This document shows positions 1 through 16,330 of a DNA stretch of 64,000 nt, one piece after another. The position numbers and the translations under genes are program-made. This DNA is from Eledone cirrhosa (lineage: Eukaryota). Positions within the stretch are counted from its first letter, which is position 1. Every line of letters starts with the position of its first letter. The notes beneath the pieces are model-generated. The model was not told the origin of the DNA. It made no database searches and worked only from the letters and a program-made list of their open reading frames with translations. The stretch lies in contig OZ024742.1 in NCBI GenBank assembly GCA_964016885.1, positions 100,750,001 through 100,814,000 of the forward strand. The letters are read 5' to 3'.

Positions 1-40
1 TTTACCTTGTCCATCTCCACTGGAAAACATGTGGCTACCA

Positions 41-3000
41 TCTGTCTCTCTTCCATTACACCCTGCCATCACTGTCTCTCTTCCATTACACCCTACCACC
101 ACTGTCTCTCATCCATTACACCCTACCACTACTGTCTCTCATCCATTACACCCTGCCATCACTGTCTCTCTTCCATTACACCCTACCATCACTGTCTCTC
201 TTCCATTACACCCTACCACCACTGTCTCTCTTCCATTACACCCTGCCTCCACTCTCTCTCTTCCATTACACCCTGCCACCACTGTCTCTCTTCCATTACA
301 CCCTACCACCACTGTCTCTCATCCATTACACCCTGCCATCACTGTCTCTCTTCCATTACACCCTGCCATCACTGTCTCTCTTCCATTACACCCTACCATC
401 AATCTCTCTCTTCCATTACACCCTAACACCACTGTCTCTCTTCCATTACACCCTAACACCACTGTCTCTCTTCCATTACACCCTACCACCACTGTCTCTC
501 TTCCATTACACCCTACCACCACTGTCTCTCTTCCCTTACACCCTACCCGCACTGTCTCTCTTCCATTACACCCTGCCATCACTGTCTCTCTTCCATTACA
601 CCCTGCCACAACTGTCTCTCTTCCATTACACCCTGCCACCCTGTCTCTCTTCCATTACACCCTGCCATCACTGTCTCTCTTCCATTACACCCTGCCACAA
701 CTGTCTCTCTTCCATTACACCCTGCCACCCTGTCTTTCTTCCATTACACCCTGCCACCACTGTCTCTCTTCATTACACCCTGCCATCACTGTCTCTCTTC
801 CATTACACCCTGCCATCACTGTCTCTCTTCCATTACACCCTACCATCAATCTCTCTCTTCCATTACACCCTACCACCACTGTCTCTCTTCCCTTACACCC
901 TACCCGCACTGTCTCTCTTCCATTACACCCTGCCATCACTGTCTCTCTTCCATTACATCCTGCCACAACTGTCTCTCTTCCATTACACCCTGCCACCCTG
1001 TCTCTCTTCCATTACACCCTGCCATCACTGTCTCTCTTCCATTACACCCTGCCACAACTGTCTCTCTTCCATTACACCCTGCCACCCTGTCTCTCTTCCA
1101 TTACACCCTGCCACCACTGTCTCTCTTCATTACACCCTGCCATCACTGTCTCTCTTCCATTACACCCTGCCATCACTGTCTCTCTTCCATTACACCCTAC
1201 CATCAATCTCTCTCTTCCATTACACCCTAACACCACTGTCTCTCTTCCATTACACCCTAACACCACTGTCTCTCTTCCATTACACCCTACCACCACTGTC
1301 TCTCTTCCATTACACCCTACCACCACTGTCTCTCTTCCCTTACACCCTACCCGCACTGTCTCTCTTCCATTACACCCTGCCATCACTGTCTCTCTTCCAT
1401 TACACCCTGCCACAACTGTCTCTCTTCCATTACACCCTGCCACCACTGTCTCTCTTCATTACACCCTACCATCACTGTCTCTCTTTCATTACACCCTGCC
1501 ATCACTGTCTCTCTTCCATTACACCCTACCACCACTGTCTCTCTTCCATTACACCCTAACACCACTGTCTCTCTTCCATTACACCCTAACACGACTGTCT
1601 CTCTTCCATTACACCCTACCACCACTGTCTCTCTTCCATTACACCCTACCACCACTGTCTCTCTTCCCTTACACCCTACCCGCACTGTCTCTCTTCCATT
1701 ACACCCTGCCATCACTGTCTCTCTTCCATTACACCCTGCCACAACTGTCTCTCTTCCATACACCCTGCCACCACTGTCTCTCATCCATTACACCCTGCCA
1801 TCACTGTCTCTCTTCCATTACACCCTGCCATCACTGTCTCTCTTCCATTACACCCTACCATCAATCTCTCTCTTCCATTACACCCTAACACCACTGTCTC
1901 TCTTCCATTACACCCTAACACCACTGTCTCTCTTCCATTACACCCTACCACCACTGTCTCTCTTCCATTACACCCTACCACCACTGTCTCTCTTCCCTTA
2001 CACCCTACCCGCACTGTCTCTCTTCCATTACACCCTGCCATCACTGTCTCTCTTCCATTACACCCTACCATCAATCTCTCTCTTCCATTACACCCTAACA
2101 CCACTGTCTCTCTTCCATTACACCCTAACACCACTGTCTCTCTTCCATTACACCCTACCACCACTGTCTCTCTTCCATTACACCCTACCACCACTGTCTC
2201 TCTTCCCTTACACCCTACCCGCACTGTCTCTCTTCCATTACACCCTGCCACAACTGTCTCTCTTCCATTACACCCTGCCACCCTGTCTCTCTTCCATTAC
2301 ACCCTGCCATCACTGTCTCTCTTCCATTACACCCTGCCACAACTGTCTCTCTTCCATTACACCCTGCCACCCTGTCTCTCTTCCATTACACCCTGCCACC
2401 ACTGTCTCTCTTCATTACACCCTGCCATCACTGTCTCTCTTCCATTACACCCTGCCATCACTGTCTCTCTTCCATTACACCCTACCATCAATCTCTCTCT
2501 TCCATTACACCCTACCACCACTGTCTCTCTTCCCTTACACCCTACCCGCACTGTCTCTCTTCCATTACACCCTGCCATCACTGTCTCTCTTCCATTACAC
2601 CCTGCCACAACTGTCTCTCTTCCATTACACCCTGCCACCCTGTCTCTCTTCCATTACACCCTGCCACCACTGTCTCTCTTCATTACACCCTGCCATCACT
2701 GTCTCTCTTCCATTACACCCTGCCATCACTGTCTCTCTTCCATTACACCCTACCATCAATCTCTCTCTTCCATTACACCCTAACACCACTGTCTCTCTTC
2801 CATTACACCCTAACACCACTGTCTCTCTTCCATTACACCCTACCACCACTGTCTCTCTTCCATTACACCCTACCACCACTGTCTCTCTTCCCTTACACCC
2901 TACCCGCACTGTCTCTCTTCCATTACACCCTGCCATCACTGTCTCTCTTCCATTACACCCTGCCACAACTGTCTCTCTTCCATTACACCCTGCCACCACT

Positions 3001-6000
3001 GTCTCTCTTCATTACACCCTACCATCACTGTCTCTCTTCCCTTACACCCTACCCGCACTGTCTCTCTTTCATTACACCCTGCCATCACTGTCTCTCTTCC
3101 ATTACACCCTACCACCACTGTCTCTCTTCCATTACACCCTAACACCACTGTCTCTCTTCCATTACACCCTACCACCACTGTCTCTCTTCCATTACACCCT
3201 GCCATCACTGTCTCTCTTCCATTACACCCTACCATCAATCTCTCTCTTCCATTACACCCTAACACCACTGTCTCTCTTCCATTACACCCTAACACCACTG
3301 TCTCTCTTCCATTACACCCTACCACCACTGTCTCTCTTCCATTACACCCTACCACCACTGTCTCTCTTCCCTTACACCCTACCCGCACTGTCTCTCTTCC
3401 ATTACACCCTGCCATCACTGTCTCTCTTCCATTACACCCTGCCACAACTGTCTCTCTTCCATTACACCCTGCCACCCTGTCTCTCTTCCATTACACCCTG
3501 CCATCACTGTCTCTCTTCCATTACACCCTGCCACAACTGTCTCTCTTCCATTACACCCTGCCACCCTGTCTCTCTTCCATTACACCCTGCCACCACTGTC
3601 TCTCTTCATTACACCCTGCCATCACTGTCTCTCTTCCATTACACCCTGCCATCACTGTCTCTCTTCCATTACACCCTACCATCAATCTCTCTCTTCCATT
3701 ACACCCTACCACCACTGTCTCTCTTCCCTTACACCCTACCCGCACTGTCTCTCTTCCATTACACCCTGCCATCACTGTCTCTCTTCCATTACACCCTGCC
3801 ACAACTGTCTCTCTTCCATTACACCCTGCCACCCTGTCTCTCTTCCATTACACCCTGCCATCACTGTCTCTCTTCCATTACACCCTGCCACAACTGTCTC
3901 TCTTCCATTACACCCTGCCACCCTGTCTCTCTTCCATTACACCCTGCCACCACTGTCTCTCTTAATTACACCCTGCCATCACTGTCTCTCTTCCATTACA
4001 CCCTGCCATCACTGTCTCTCTTCCATTACACCCTACCATCAATCTCTCTCTTCCATTACACCCTAACACCACTGTCTCTCTTCCATTACACCCTAACACC
4101 ACTGTCTCTCTTCCATTACACCCTACCACCACTGTCTCTCTTCCATTACACCCTACCACCACTGTCTCTCTTCCCTTACACCCTACCCGCACTGTCTCTC
4201 TTCCATTACACCCTGCCATCACTGTCTCTCTTCCATTACACCCTGCCACAACTGTCTCTCTTCCATTACACCCTGCCACCACTGTCTCTCTTCATTACAC
4301 CCTACCATCACTGTCTCTCTTTCATTACACCCTGCCATCACTGTCTCTCTTCCATTACACCCTACCACCACTGTCTCTCTTCCATTACACCCTAACACCA
4401 CTGTCTCTCTTCCATTACACCCTACCACCACTGTCTCTCTTCCATTACACCCTACCACCACTGTCTCTCTTCCCTTACACCCTACCCGCACTGTCTCTCT
4501 TCCATTACACCCTGCCATCACTGTCTCTCTTCCATTACACCCTGCCACAACTGTCTCTCTTCCATTACACCCTGCCACCCTGTCTCTCTTCCATTACACC
4601 CTGCCATCACTGTCTCTCTTCCATTACACCCTGCCACAACTGTCTCTCTTCCATTACACCCTGCCACCCTGTCTCTCTTCCATTACACCCTGCCACCAAT
4701 GTCTCTCTTCATTACACCCTGCCATCACTGTCTCTCTTCCATTACACCCTGCCATCACTGTCTCTCTTCCATTACACCCTACCATCAATCTCTCTCTTCC
4801 ATTACACCCTAACACCACTGTCTCTCTTCCATTACACCCTAACACCACTGTCTCTCTTCCATTACACCCTACCACCACTGTCTCTCTTCCATTACACCCT
4901 ACCACCACTGTCTCTCTTCCCTTACACCCTACCCGCACTGTCTCTCTTCCATTACACCCTGCCATCACTGTCTCTCTTCCATTACACCCTGCCACAACTG
5001 TCTCTCTTCCATTACACCCTGCCACCACTGTCTCTCTTCATTACACCCTACCATCACTGTCTCTCTTTCATTACACCCTGCCATCACTGTCTCTCTTCCA
5101 TTACACCCTGCCATCACTGTCTCTCTTCCATTACACCCTACCACCACTGTCTCTCTTCTATTACACCCTACCACCACTGTCTCTCTTCCATTACACCCTG
5201 CCACCACTGTCTCTCTTCAATTACACCCTACCACCACTGTCTCTCATCCATTACACCCTACCCGCACTGTCTCTCTACCATTACACCCTGCCATCTCTGT
5301 CTCTCTTCCATTACACCCTACCACTACTGTCTCTCTTCCATTACACCCTACCACCACTGTCTCTCTTCCATTACACCCTGCTAACACTGTCTCACTTCCA
5401 TTACACCCTGCCACCACTGTCTCTCTTCATTACACCCTGCCACCACTGTCTCTTTTTCATTACACCCTACCATCACTGTCTCTCTTCCATTACACCCTGC
5501 CACCACTGTCTCTCTTCCATTACACCCTACCACCACTGTCTCTCTTCCATTACACCCTACCACCACTGTCTCTCTTCCATTACACCCTGCTAACACTGTC
5601 TCGCTTCCATTACACCCTGCCATCTCTGTCTCTCTTCCATTACACCCTACCACCACTGTCTCTCTTCCATTACACCCTACCACCACTGTCTCTCTTCCAT
5701 TACACCCTGCCACCACTGTCTCTCTTCATTACACCCTGCCATCACTGTCTCTCTTCCATTACACCCTGCCATCACTGTCTCTCTTCCATTACACCCTACC
5801 ATCAATCTCTCTCTTCCATTACACCCTACCACCACTGTCTCTCTTCCCTTACACCCTACCCGCACTGTCTCTCTTCCATTACACCCTGCCATCACTGTCT
5901 CTCTTCCATTACACCCTGCCACAACTGTCTCTCTTCCATTACACCCTGCCACCCTGTCTCTCTTCCATTACACCCTGCCATCACTGTCTCTCTTCCATTA

Positions 6001-9000
6001 CACCCTGCCACAACTGTCTCTCTTCCATTACACCCTGCCACCCTGTCTCTCTTCCATTACACCCTGCCACCACTGTCTCTCTTCATTACACCCTGCCATC
6101 ACTGTCTCTCTTCCATTACACCCTGCCATCACTGTCTCTCTTCCATTACACCCTACCATCAATCTCTCTCTTCCATTACACCCTAACACCACTGTCTCTC
6201 TTCCATTACACCCTAACACCACTGTCTCTCTTCCATTACACCCTACCACCACTGTCTCTCTTCCATTACACCCTACCACCACTGTCTCTCTTCCCTTACA
6301 CCCTACCCGCACTGTCTCTCTTCCATTACACCCTGCCATCACTGTCTCTCTTCCATTACACCCTGCCACAACTGTCTCTCTTCCATTACACCCTGCCACC
6401 ACTGTCTCTCTTCATTACACCCTACCATCACTGTCTCACTTCCATTACACCCTACCACCACTGTCTCTCTATCATTACACCCTGCCATCACTGTCTCTCT
6501 TCCATTACACCCTGCCACCACTGTCTCGCTTCCATTACACCCTACCACCACTGTCTCTCCCCACAACACCCTACCACCACTGTCTCTCTTCCATTACACC
6601 CTGCCACCATTGTCTCTCTTCCATTACACCCTACCCGCACTGTCTCTCTTCCATTACATTCTACCACCACTTTCTCTCTTCCATTACACCCTACCACCAC
6701 TGTCTCTCTTCCATTACACCCTGCCACCACTGTCCCTCTTCCACTACACCCTACCACCACTGTCTCGCTTCCATTACACCCTACCACCACTGTCTCTCTA
6801 TCATTACACCCTGCCATCACTGTCTCTCTTCCATTACACCCTACCACCACTGTCTCTCTTCCATTACACCCTACCACCACTGTTTCTCTTCCATTACACC
6901 CTACCACCACTGTCTCTCTTCCATTACACCCTACCACCACTGTCTCTCTTCCATTACACCCTACCACCACTGTCTCTCTTCCATTACACCCTACCACCAC
7001 TGTCTCTCTTCCATTACACCCTGCCATCACTGTCTCTCTTCCATTACACCCTGCCACCACTGTCTCACTTCCATTACACCCTACCACCACTGTCTCTCCC
7101 CACAACACCCTACCACCACTGTCTCTCTTCCATTACACCCTGCCACCATTGTCTCTCTTCCATTACACCCTACCATCACTGTCTCTCGTCCATTACACCC
7201 TACCCGCACTGTCTCTCTTCCATTACACATTACCTGCACTGTCTCTCTTCCATTACACCCTACCACTACTGTCTCTCTTCCATTACACCCTACCATCACT
7301 GTCTCTCTTCCATTACACCCTACCACCACTGTCTCTCTTCCATTACACCCTAACACCACTGTCTCTCTTCCAGTACACCCTGCCACCACTGTCTCTCTTC
7401 CATTACACCCTGCCACCACTGTCTCTCTTCCATTACACCCTGCCACCACTGTCTCTCTTCCATTACACCCTACCAACCTGTCTCTCTTCCATTACACCCT
7501 GCCACCACTGTCTCTCTTCCATTACACCCTACCACCACTGCCTCTCTTCCATTACACCCTACCACCACTGTCTCTCTTCCATTACACCCTGCCACCACTG
7601 TCTCTCTTCCATTACACCCTGCCACCACTGTCTCTCTTCCATTACACCCTACCACCACTGTCTCTCTCTTCCATTACACCCTAACACCACTGTCTCTCTT
7701 CCATTACACCCTACCTCCACTGTCTCTCTTCCATTACACCCTGCCATCACTGTCTCTCTTCCATTACACCCTACCACCACTGTCTCTCTTCCATTACACC
7801 CTGCCACCACTGTCTCTCTTCCATTACACCCTGCCACCACTGTCCCTCTTCCACTACACCCTACCACCACTGTCTCTCTTCCATTACACCCTACCACCAC
7901 TGTCTCTCTTCCATTACACCCTGCTAACACTGTCTCGCTTCCATTACACCCTGCCATCACTGTCTCTCTTCCATTACACCCTGCCACCACTGTCTCTCTT
8001 CCATTACACCCTACCACCACTGTCTCTCTTCCATTACACCCTGCTAACACTGTCTCGCTTCCATTACACCCTGCCATCACTGTCTCTCTTCCATTACACC
8101 CTACCATCACTGTCTCTCTTCCATTACACCCTACCATCTCTGTCTCTCTTCCATTACACCCTGCGACCACTGTCTCTCTTCAATACACCCTACCATCACT
8201 GTCTCTCTTCCATTACACCCTGCCATCACTGTCTCTCTTCCATTACACCCTACCACCACTGTCTCTCTTCCATTACACCCTGCCATCTCTGTCTCTCTTC
8301 CATTACACCCTGCGACCACTGTCTCTCTTCAATACACCCTACCATCACTGTCTCTCTTCCATTACACTCTGCCATCACTGTCTCTCTTCCATTACACCCT
8401 ACCACCACTGTCTCTCTTCCATTACACCCTACCACCACTGTCTCTCTTCCATTACACCCTGCCATCACTGTCTCTCTTCCATTACACCCTACCATCAATC
8501 TCTCTCTTCCATTACACCCTAACACCACTGTCTCTCTTCCATTACACCCTAACACCACTGTCTCTCTTCCATTACACCCTACCACCACTGTCTCTCTTCC
8601 ATTACACCCTACCACCACTGTCTCTCTTCCATTACACCCTACCACCACTGTCTCTCTTCCATTACACCCTACCACCACTGTCTCTCTTCCATTACACCCT
8701 GCCATCTCTGTCTCTCTTCCATTACACCCTGCCACCACTGTCTCTCTTCATGACACCCTGCCACCACTGTCTCTCTTCATTACACCCTACCATCACTGTC
8801 TCTCTTCCATTACACCCTACCACCTCAGTCTCTCTTCCATTACACCTTACCACCACTGTCTCTCTTCCATTACACCCTACCACCACTGTCTCTGTTCCAT
8901 TACACCCTGCCATCACTGTCTCTCTTCCATTACATCCTGCCATCACTGTCTCTCTTCCATTACACCCTGCCATCACTGTCTCTCTTCCATTACACCCTAC

Positions 9001-12000
9001 CACCACTGTCTCTCTTCCATTACACCCTACCACCACTGTCTCTCTTCCATTACATCCTGCCATCACTGTCTCTCTTCCATTACACCCTACCACCACTGTC
9101 TCTCTTCCATTACACCCTACCACCACTGTCTCTCTTCCATTACACCCTGCGACCACTGTCTCTCTTCCATTACACACTGCCACCACTGTCTCTCTTCCAT
9201 TATACCCTACCCGCACTGTCTCTCTTCCATTACACCCTACCACCCTGTCTCACTTCCATTACACCCTACCACCACTGTCTCTCTTCCATTACACCCTACC
9301 ACCACTGTCTCTCTTCCATTACACCCTACCAACACTGTCTCTCTTCCATTACACCCTACCACCACTGTCTCTCTTCCATTACACCCTACCACCCTGTCTC
9401 TCTTCCATTACACCCTACCACCACTGTCTCTCTTCCATTACACCCTACCATCACTGTCTCTCTTCCATTACACCCTACCACCACTGTCTCTCTTCCATTA
9501 CACCCTGCCACCACTGTCCCTCTTCCACTACACCCTACCACCACTGTCTCTCTTCCATTACACCCTGCCACCACTGTCTCTCTTGCATTACACCCTACCA
9601 CCACTGTCTCTCTTCCATTACACCCTACCACCACTGTCTCTCTTCCATTACACCCTACCACCACTGTCTCTCTTCCATTACACCCTACCACCACTGTCTC
9701 TCTTCCATTACACCCTACCACCACTGTCTCTCTTCCATTACACCCTGCCACCACTGTCTCTCTTCCATTACACCCTACCACCACTGTCTCTCTTCCATTA
9801 CACCCTACCACCCTGTCTCTCTTCCATTACACCCTACCACCACTGTCTCTCTTCCATTACACCCTACCACCTATGTCTCTCTTCCATTACACCCTACCAC
9901 CACTGTCTCTCTTCCATTACACACTGCCACCACTGTCTCTCTTCCATTATACCCTACCCGCACTGTCTCTCTTCCATTACACCCTACCACCCTGTCTCTC
10001 TTCCATTACACCCTACCACCACTGTCTCTCTTCCATTACACCCTACCACCCTGTCTCTCTTCCATTACACCCTACCACCACCGTCTCTCTTCCATTACAC
10101 CCTACCACCCTGTCTCTCTTCCATTACACCCTACCACCACTGTCTCTCTTCCATTACACCCTACCACCCTGTCTCTCTTCCATTACACCCTACCACCACT
10201 GTCTCTCTTCCATTACACCCTACCACCACTGTCTCTCTTCCATTACACCCTACCACCACTGTCTCTCTTCCATTACACCCTACCACCACTGTCTCTCTTC
10301 CATTACACACTGCCACCACTGTCTCTCTTCCATTACACCCTACCACCACTGTCTCTCTTCCATTACACCCTGCCACCACTGTCTCTCTTCCATTACACCC
10401 TACCACCACTGTCTCTCTTCCATTACACCCTACCACCCTGTCTCTCTTCCATTACACCCTACCACCACTGTCTCTCTTCCATTACACCCTACCACCACTG
10501 TCTCTCTTCCATTACACCCTACCACCACTGTCTCTCTTCCATTACACCCTACCACCACTGTCTCTCTTCCATTACACCCTACCACCACTGTCTCTCTTCC
10601 ATTACACCCTGCCACCACTGTCTCTCTTCCATTACACACTGCCACCACTGTCTCTCTTCCATTATACCCTACCCGCACTGTCTCTCTTCCATTACACCCT
10701 ACCACCACTGTCTCTCTTCCATTACACCCTACCACCACTGTCTCTCATCCATTACACCCTACCACCACTGTCTCTCTTCCATTACACCCTAGCACCACTG
10801 TATCTCATCCATTACACCCTACCATCACTGTCTGTCTTCCATTACACCCTGCCACCACTGTCTCTCTTCCATTACACCCTGCCATGATTGTCTCTCTTCC
10901 ATTACACCCTGCCACCACTGTCTCTCTTCCATTACACCCTACCACCACTGTCTCTCTTCCATTACACCCTACCACCACTGTCTCTCTTCCATTACACCCT
11001 GCCATCACTGTCTCTCTTCCATTACACCCTACCATCATTGTCTCTCTTCCATTACACCCTGCCACCACTGTCTCTCTTCCATTACACTCTGCCATCACTG
11101 TCTCTCTTCAATTACACCCTGCCACCACTGTCTCTCTTCCATTACACCCTACCACCACTGTCTCTCTACCATTACACCCTACCACCACTGTCTCTCTTCC
11201 ATTACACCCTACTACCACTGTCTCTCTTCCATGACACCCTACCACCACTGTCTCTCTTCCATTACACCCTACCACCACTGTCTCTCTTTCATTACACCCT
11301 GCCACCACTGTCTCTCTTCCATTACACCCTACCACCACTGTCTCTCTTCCATTACACCCTGCCTCCACTCTCTCTCTTCCATTACACCCTGCCACCACTG
11401 TCTCTCTTCCATTACACCCTGCCACCACTGTCTCTCTTCCATTACACCCTGCCACCACTGTCTCTCTTCCATTACACCCTACCACCACTGTCTCTCTTCC
11501 ATTACACCCTGCCTCCACTGTCTCTCTTCCATTACACCCTGCCACCACTGTCTCTCTTCCATTACACCCTACCATCACTGTCTCTCTCCCATTACACCCT
11601 GCCACCACTGTCTCCCTTCCATTACACCCTACCACCACTGTCTCTCATCCATTACACCCTGCCATCACTGTCTTTCTTCCATTACACCCTGCCATCTCTG
11701 TCTCTCTTCCATTACACCCTGCCACCACTGTCTCTCTTCATGACACCCTGCCACCACTGTCTCTCTTCATTACACCCTACCATCACTGTCTCTCTTCCAT
11801 TACACCCTACCACCTCAGTCTCTCTTCCATTACACCTTACCACCACTGTCTCTCTTCCATTACACCCTACCCGCACTGTCTCTCTTCCATTACACCCTGC
11901 CATCTTAGTCTCTCTTCCATTACACCCTGCCATCACTGTCTCTCTTCCATTACACCCTGCCACCACTGTCTCTCTTCCATTACACCCTGCCATCACTGTC

Positions 12001-15000
12001 TCTCTTCCATTACACCCTGCCATCACTATCTCTCTTCCATTACACCCTACCACCACTGTCTCTCTTCCATTACACCCTACCACTACTGTCTCTCTTCCAT
12101 TACACCCTGCCATCACTGTCTCTGTTCCATTACACCCTGCCATCACTGTCTCTCTTCCATTACATCCTGCCATCACTGTCTCTCTTCCATTACACCCTGC
12201 CACCACTGTCTCTCTTCCATTACACCCTGCCACCACTGTCTCTCTTCCATTACACCCTACCCGCACTGTCTCTCTTCCATTACACCCTACCACCCTGTCT
12301 CTCTTCCATTATACCCTACCACCACTGTATCTCATCCATTACACCCTACCATCACTGTCTCTCTTCCATTACACCCTGCCACAACTGTCTCTCTTCCATT
12401 ACACCCTGCCATCATTGTCTCTCTTCCACTACACCCTGCCACCACTGTCTCTCTTCCATTACACCCTACCACCACTGTCTCTCTTCCATTACACCCTACC
12501 ACCACTGTCTCTCTTCCATTACACCCTGCCATCACTGAGTCTCTTCCATTACATCCTACCATCACTGTCTCTCTTCCATTACACCCTGCCACCACTGTCT
12601 CTCTTCCATTACACCCTGCCATCACTGTCTCTCTTCCATTACACCCTACCACCACTGTCTCTCTTCCATTACACCCTACCACCACTGTCTCTCTTCCATT
12701 ACACCCTACCACCACTGTCTCTCTACCATTACACCCTACCACCACTGTCTCTCTTCCATTACACCCTACTACCACTGTCTCTCTTCCATGACACCCTACC
12801 ACTACTGTCTCTCTTCCATTACACCCTACCACCACTGTCTCTCTTTCATTACACCCTGCCACCACTGTCTCTCTTCCATTACACCCTACCACCACTGTCT
12901 CTCTTCCATTACACCCTGCCTCCACTCTCTCTCTTCCATTACACCCTGCCACCACTGTCTCTCTTCCATTACACCCTGCCACTACTGTCTCTCTTCCATT
13001 ACACCCTACCACCACTGTCTCTCTTCCATTACACCCTGCCACCACTCTCTCTCTTCCATTACACCCTGTCACCACTGTCTCTCTTCCATTACACCCTACC
13101 ACCACTGTCTCTCTACCATTACACCCTACCACCACTGTCTCTCTTCCATTACACCCTACTACCACTGTCTCTCTTCATTACACCCTGCCACCACTGTCTC
13201 TCTTCCATTACACCCTGCCACCACTGTCTCTCTTCCATTACACCCTGCCACCACTGTCTCTCTTCCATTACACCCTGCCACCACTGTCTCTCTTCCATTA
13301 CACCCTGCCATCACTGTCTCTCTTCCATTACACCCTACCATCACTGTCTCTCTTTCATTACACCCTAGCACCACTGTCTCTCTTCCATTACACCCTGCTA
13401 TCACTGTCTCTCTTCCATTACACCCTGCCACCACTGTCTCTCTTCCATTACACCCTACCACCACTGTCTCTCTTCCATTACACCCTGCCTCCACTCTCTC
13501 TCTTCCATTACACCCTACCATCACTGTCTCTCTTCCATTACATCCTGCCACCACTGTCTCTCTTCCATTACACCTTACGATCACTCTCTCTCTCTTCCAT
13601 TACACCCTACCACTACTGTCTCTCTTCCATTACACCCTACCACCTCAGTCTCTCTTCCATTACACCCTACCACCACTGTCTCTCTTTCATTACACCCTGC
13701 CACCACTGTCTCTCTTCCATTACACCCTGCCACCACTGTCTCTCTTCCATTACACCCTGACACCACTGTCTCTCTTCCATTACACCCTACCACCACAGTC
13801 TCTCTTCCATTACACCCTACCACCACTGTCTCTCTTCCATTACACCCTGCCATCTCTGTCTCTCTTCCATTTCACCCTGCCATCTCTGTCTCTCTTCCAT
13901 GACACCCTACCACCACTGTCTCTCTTCCATTACACCCTACCACCACTGTCTCTCTTCCATTACACCCTGCCACAACTGTCTCTCTTCATTACACCCTGCC
14001 AACACTGTCTCTCTTTCATTACACCCTGCCACCACTGTCTCGCTTCCATTACACCCTGCCACCAGTGTCTCTCTTCCATTACACCCTACCCGCACTGTCT
14101 CTCTTCCATTACACCCTACCATCACTATCTCTCTTCGATTACACCCTGCCACCACTGTCTCTCTTCCATTACACCCTACCACCACTGTCTCTCTTCGATT
14201 ACACCCTGCCACCACTGTCTCTCTTCCATTACACCCTACCATCACTGTCTCTCTTCATTACACCCTGCCATCACTGTCTCTCTTCGATTACACCCTGCCA
14301 CCACTGTCTCTCTTCCATTACACCCTGCCATCACTGTCTCTCTTCCATTACACCCTACCACCACTGTCTCTCCCCACAACACCCTACTATCACTGTCTCT
14401 CTTCCATTACACCCTACCACCACTGTCTCTCTTCCATTACACCCTACCACCACTGTCTCTCCCCACAACACCCTACCATCACTGTCTCTCTTCCATTACA
14501 CCCTACCACCACTGTCTCTCTTCCATTACACCCTAGCACCACTGTCTCTCTTCCATTACACCCTGCCACCACTGTCTCTCTTCCATCACACCCTGCCACC
14601 ACTGTCTCTCTTCCATTACACCCTACCATCACTGTCTCTCTTCATTACACCCTGCCATCACTGTCTCTCTTCGATTACACCCTGCCACCACTGTCTCTCT
14701 TCCATTACACCCTGCCACCACTGTCTCTCTTCCATTACACCCTACCATCACTGTCTCTCTTCATTACACCCTGCCATCACTGTCTCTCTTCGATTACACC
14801 CTGCCACCACTGTCTCTCTTCCATTACACCCTACCACCACTGTCTCTCTTCCATTACACCCTACCACCACTGTCTCTCCCCACAACACCCTACCATCACT
14901 GTCTCTCTTCCATTACACCCTACCACCACTGTCTCTCTTCCATTACACCCTAGCACCACTGTCTCTCTTCCATTACACCCTGCCACCACTGTCTCTCTTC

Positions 15001-16330
15001 CATCACACCCTGCCACCACTGTCTCTCTTCCATTACACCCTACCATCACTGTCTCTCTTCCATTACACCCTACCACCACTGTCTCTCTTCCATTACACCC
15101 TACCACCACTGTCTCTCTTCCATTACACCCTGCCACCACTGTCTCTCTTCCATTACACCCTACCACCACTATCTCTCTTCCATTACACCCTACCAGCACT
15201 GTCACTCTTCCATTACACCCTGCCACCACTGTCTCTCTTCCATTACACCCTGCCACCACTATCTCTCTTCCATTACACCCTACCAGCACTGTCACTCTTC
15301 CATTACACCCTGCCACCACTGTCTCTCTTCCATTACACCCTGCCACCACGATCTCTCTTCCATTACACCCTACCAGCACTGTCACTCTTGCATTACACCC
15401 TACCATCACTGTCTCTCTTCCATTACACCCTACCACCACTGTCTCTCTTCCATTACACCCTACCACCACTGTCTCTCTTCCATTACACCCTACCACCACT
15501 GTCTCTCTTCCATTACACCCTGCCACCACTGTCTCTCTTCCATTACACCCTACCACCCTGTCTCTCTTCCATTACACCCTACCACTACTGTCTCTCTTCC
15601 ATTACACCCTACCACTACTGTCTCTCTTCCATTACACCCTACCACTACTGTCTCTCTTCCATTACACCCTGCCATCACTGTCTCTCTTCCATTACACCCT
15701 ACCACCCTGTCTCTCTTCCATTACACCCTGCCACCACTGTCTCTCTTCCATTACACCCTACCACCACTGTCTCTCTTCCATTACACCCTGCCACCACTGT
15801 CTCTCTTCCATTACACCCTGCCACCACTGTCTCTCTTCCATTACACCCTGCCATCACTGTCTCTCTTCCATTACACCCTGCCATCACTGTCTCTCTTCCA
15901 TTACACCCTACCACCACTGTCTCTCTTCCATTACACCCTACCACCACTGTCTCTCTTCCATTACACCCTACCACCACTGTCTCTCTTCCATTACACCCTA
16001 CCATCACTGTCTCTCTTCCATTACACCCTGCCACCACTGTCTCTCTTCCATTACACCCTGCCACCACTGTCTCTCTTCCATTACACCCTGCCATCACTGT
16101 CTCTCTTCCATTACACCCTGCCATCTCTGTCTCTCTTCCATTACACCCTACCATCACTGTCTCTCTTCCATTACACCCTGCCACCACTGTCTCTCTTCCA
16201 TCACACCCTGCCACCACTGTCTCTCTTCCATTACACACTGTCACCACTGTCTCTCCTCCATTACACCCTACCATCTCTGTCTCTCTTCCATTACACCCTA
16301 CCATCACTCTCTCTCCCTTTCATTACACTC
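41..16330. repeat. 30-bp minisatellite array (~540 units), consensus CTGTCTCTCTTCCATTACACCCT(A/G)CCA(C/T)CA, with 29-bp variants and higher-order structure
   Basis: Directly visible 30-nt periodicity over 16.3 kb; degenerates at ~16300-16400. Unit count is length/30. Confidence 0.98.

Noticed and set aside
41-16330. CRISPR-like array (constant ~22 nt plus variable ~8 nt)
   Set aside because: The variable parts are point variants of one sequence rather than unique spacers; the context is eukaryotic and no cas genes are present.
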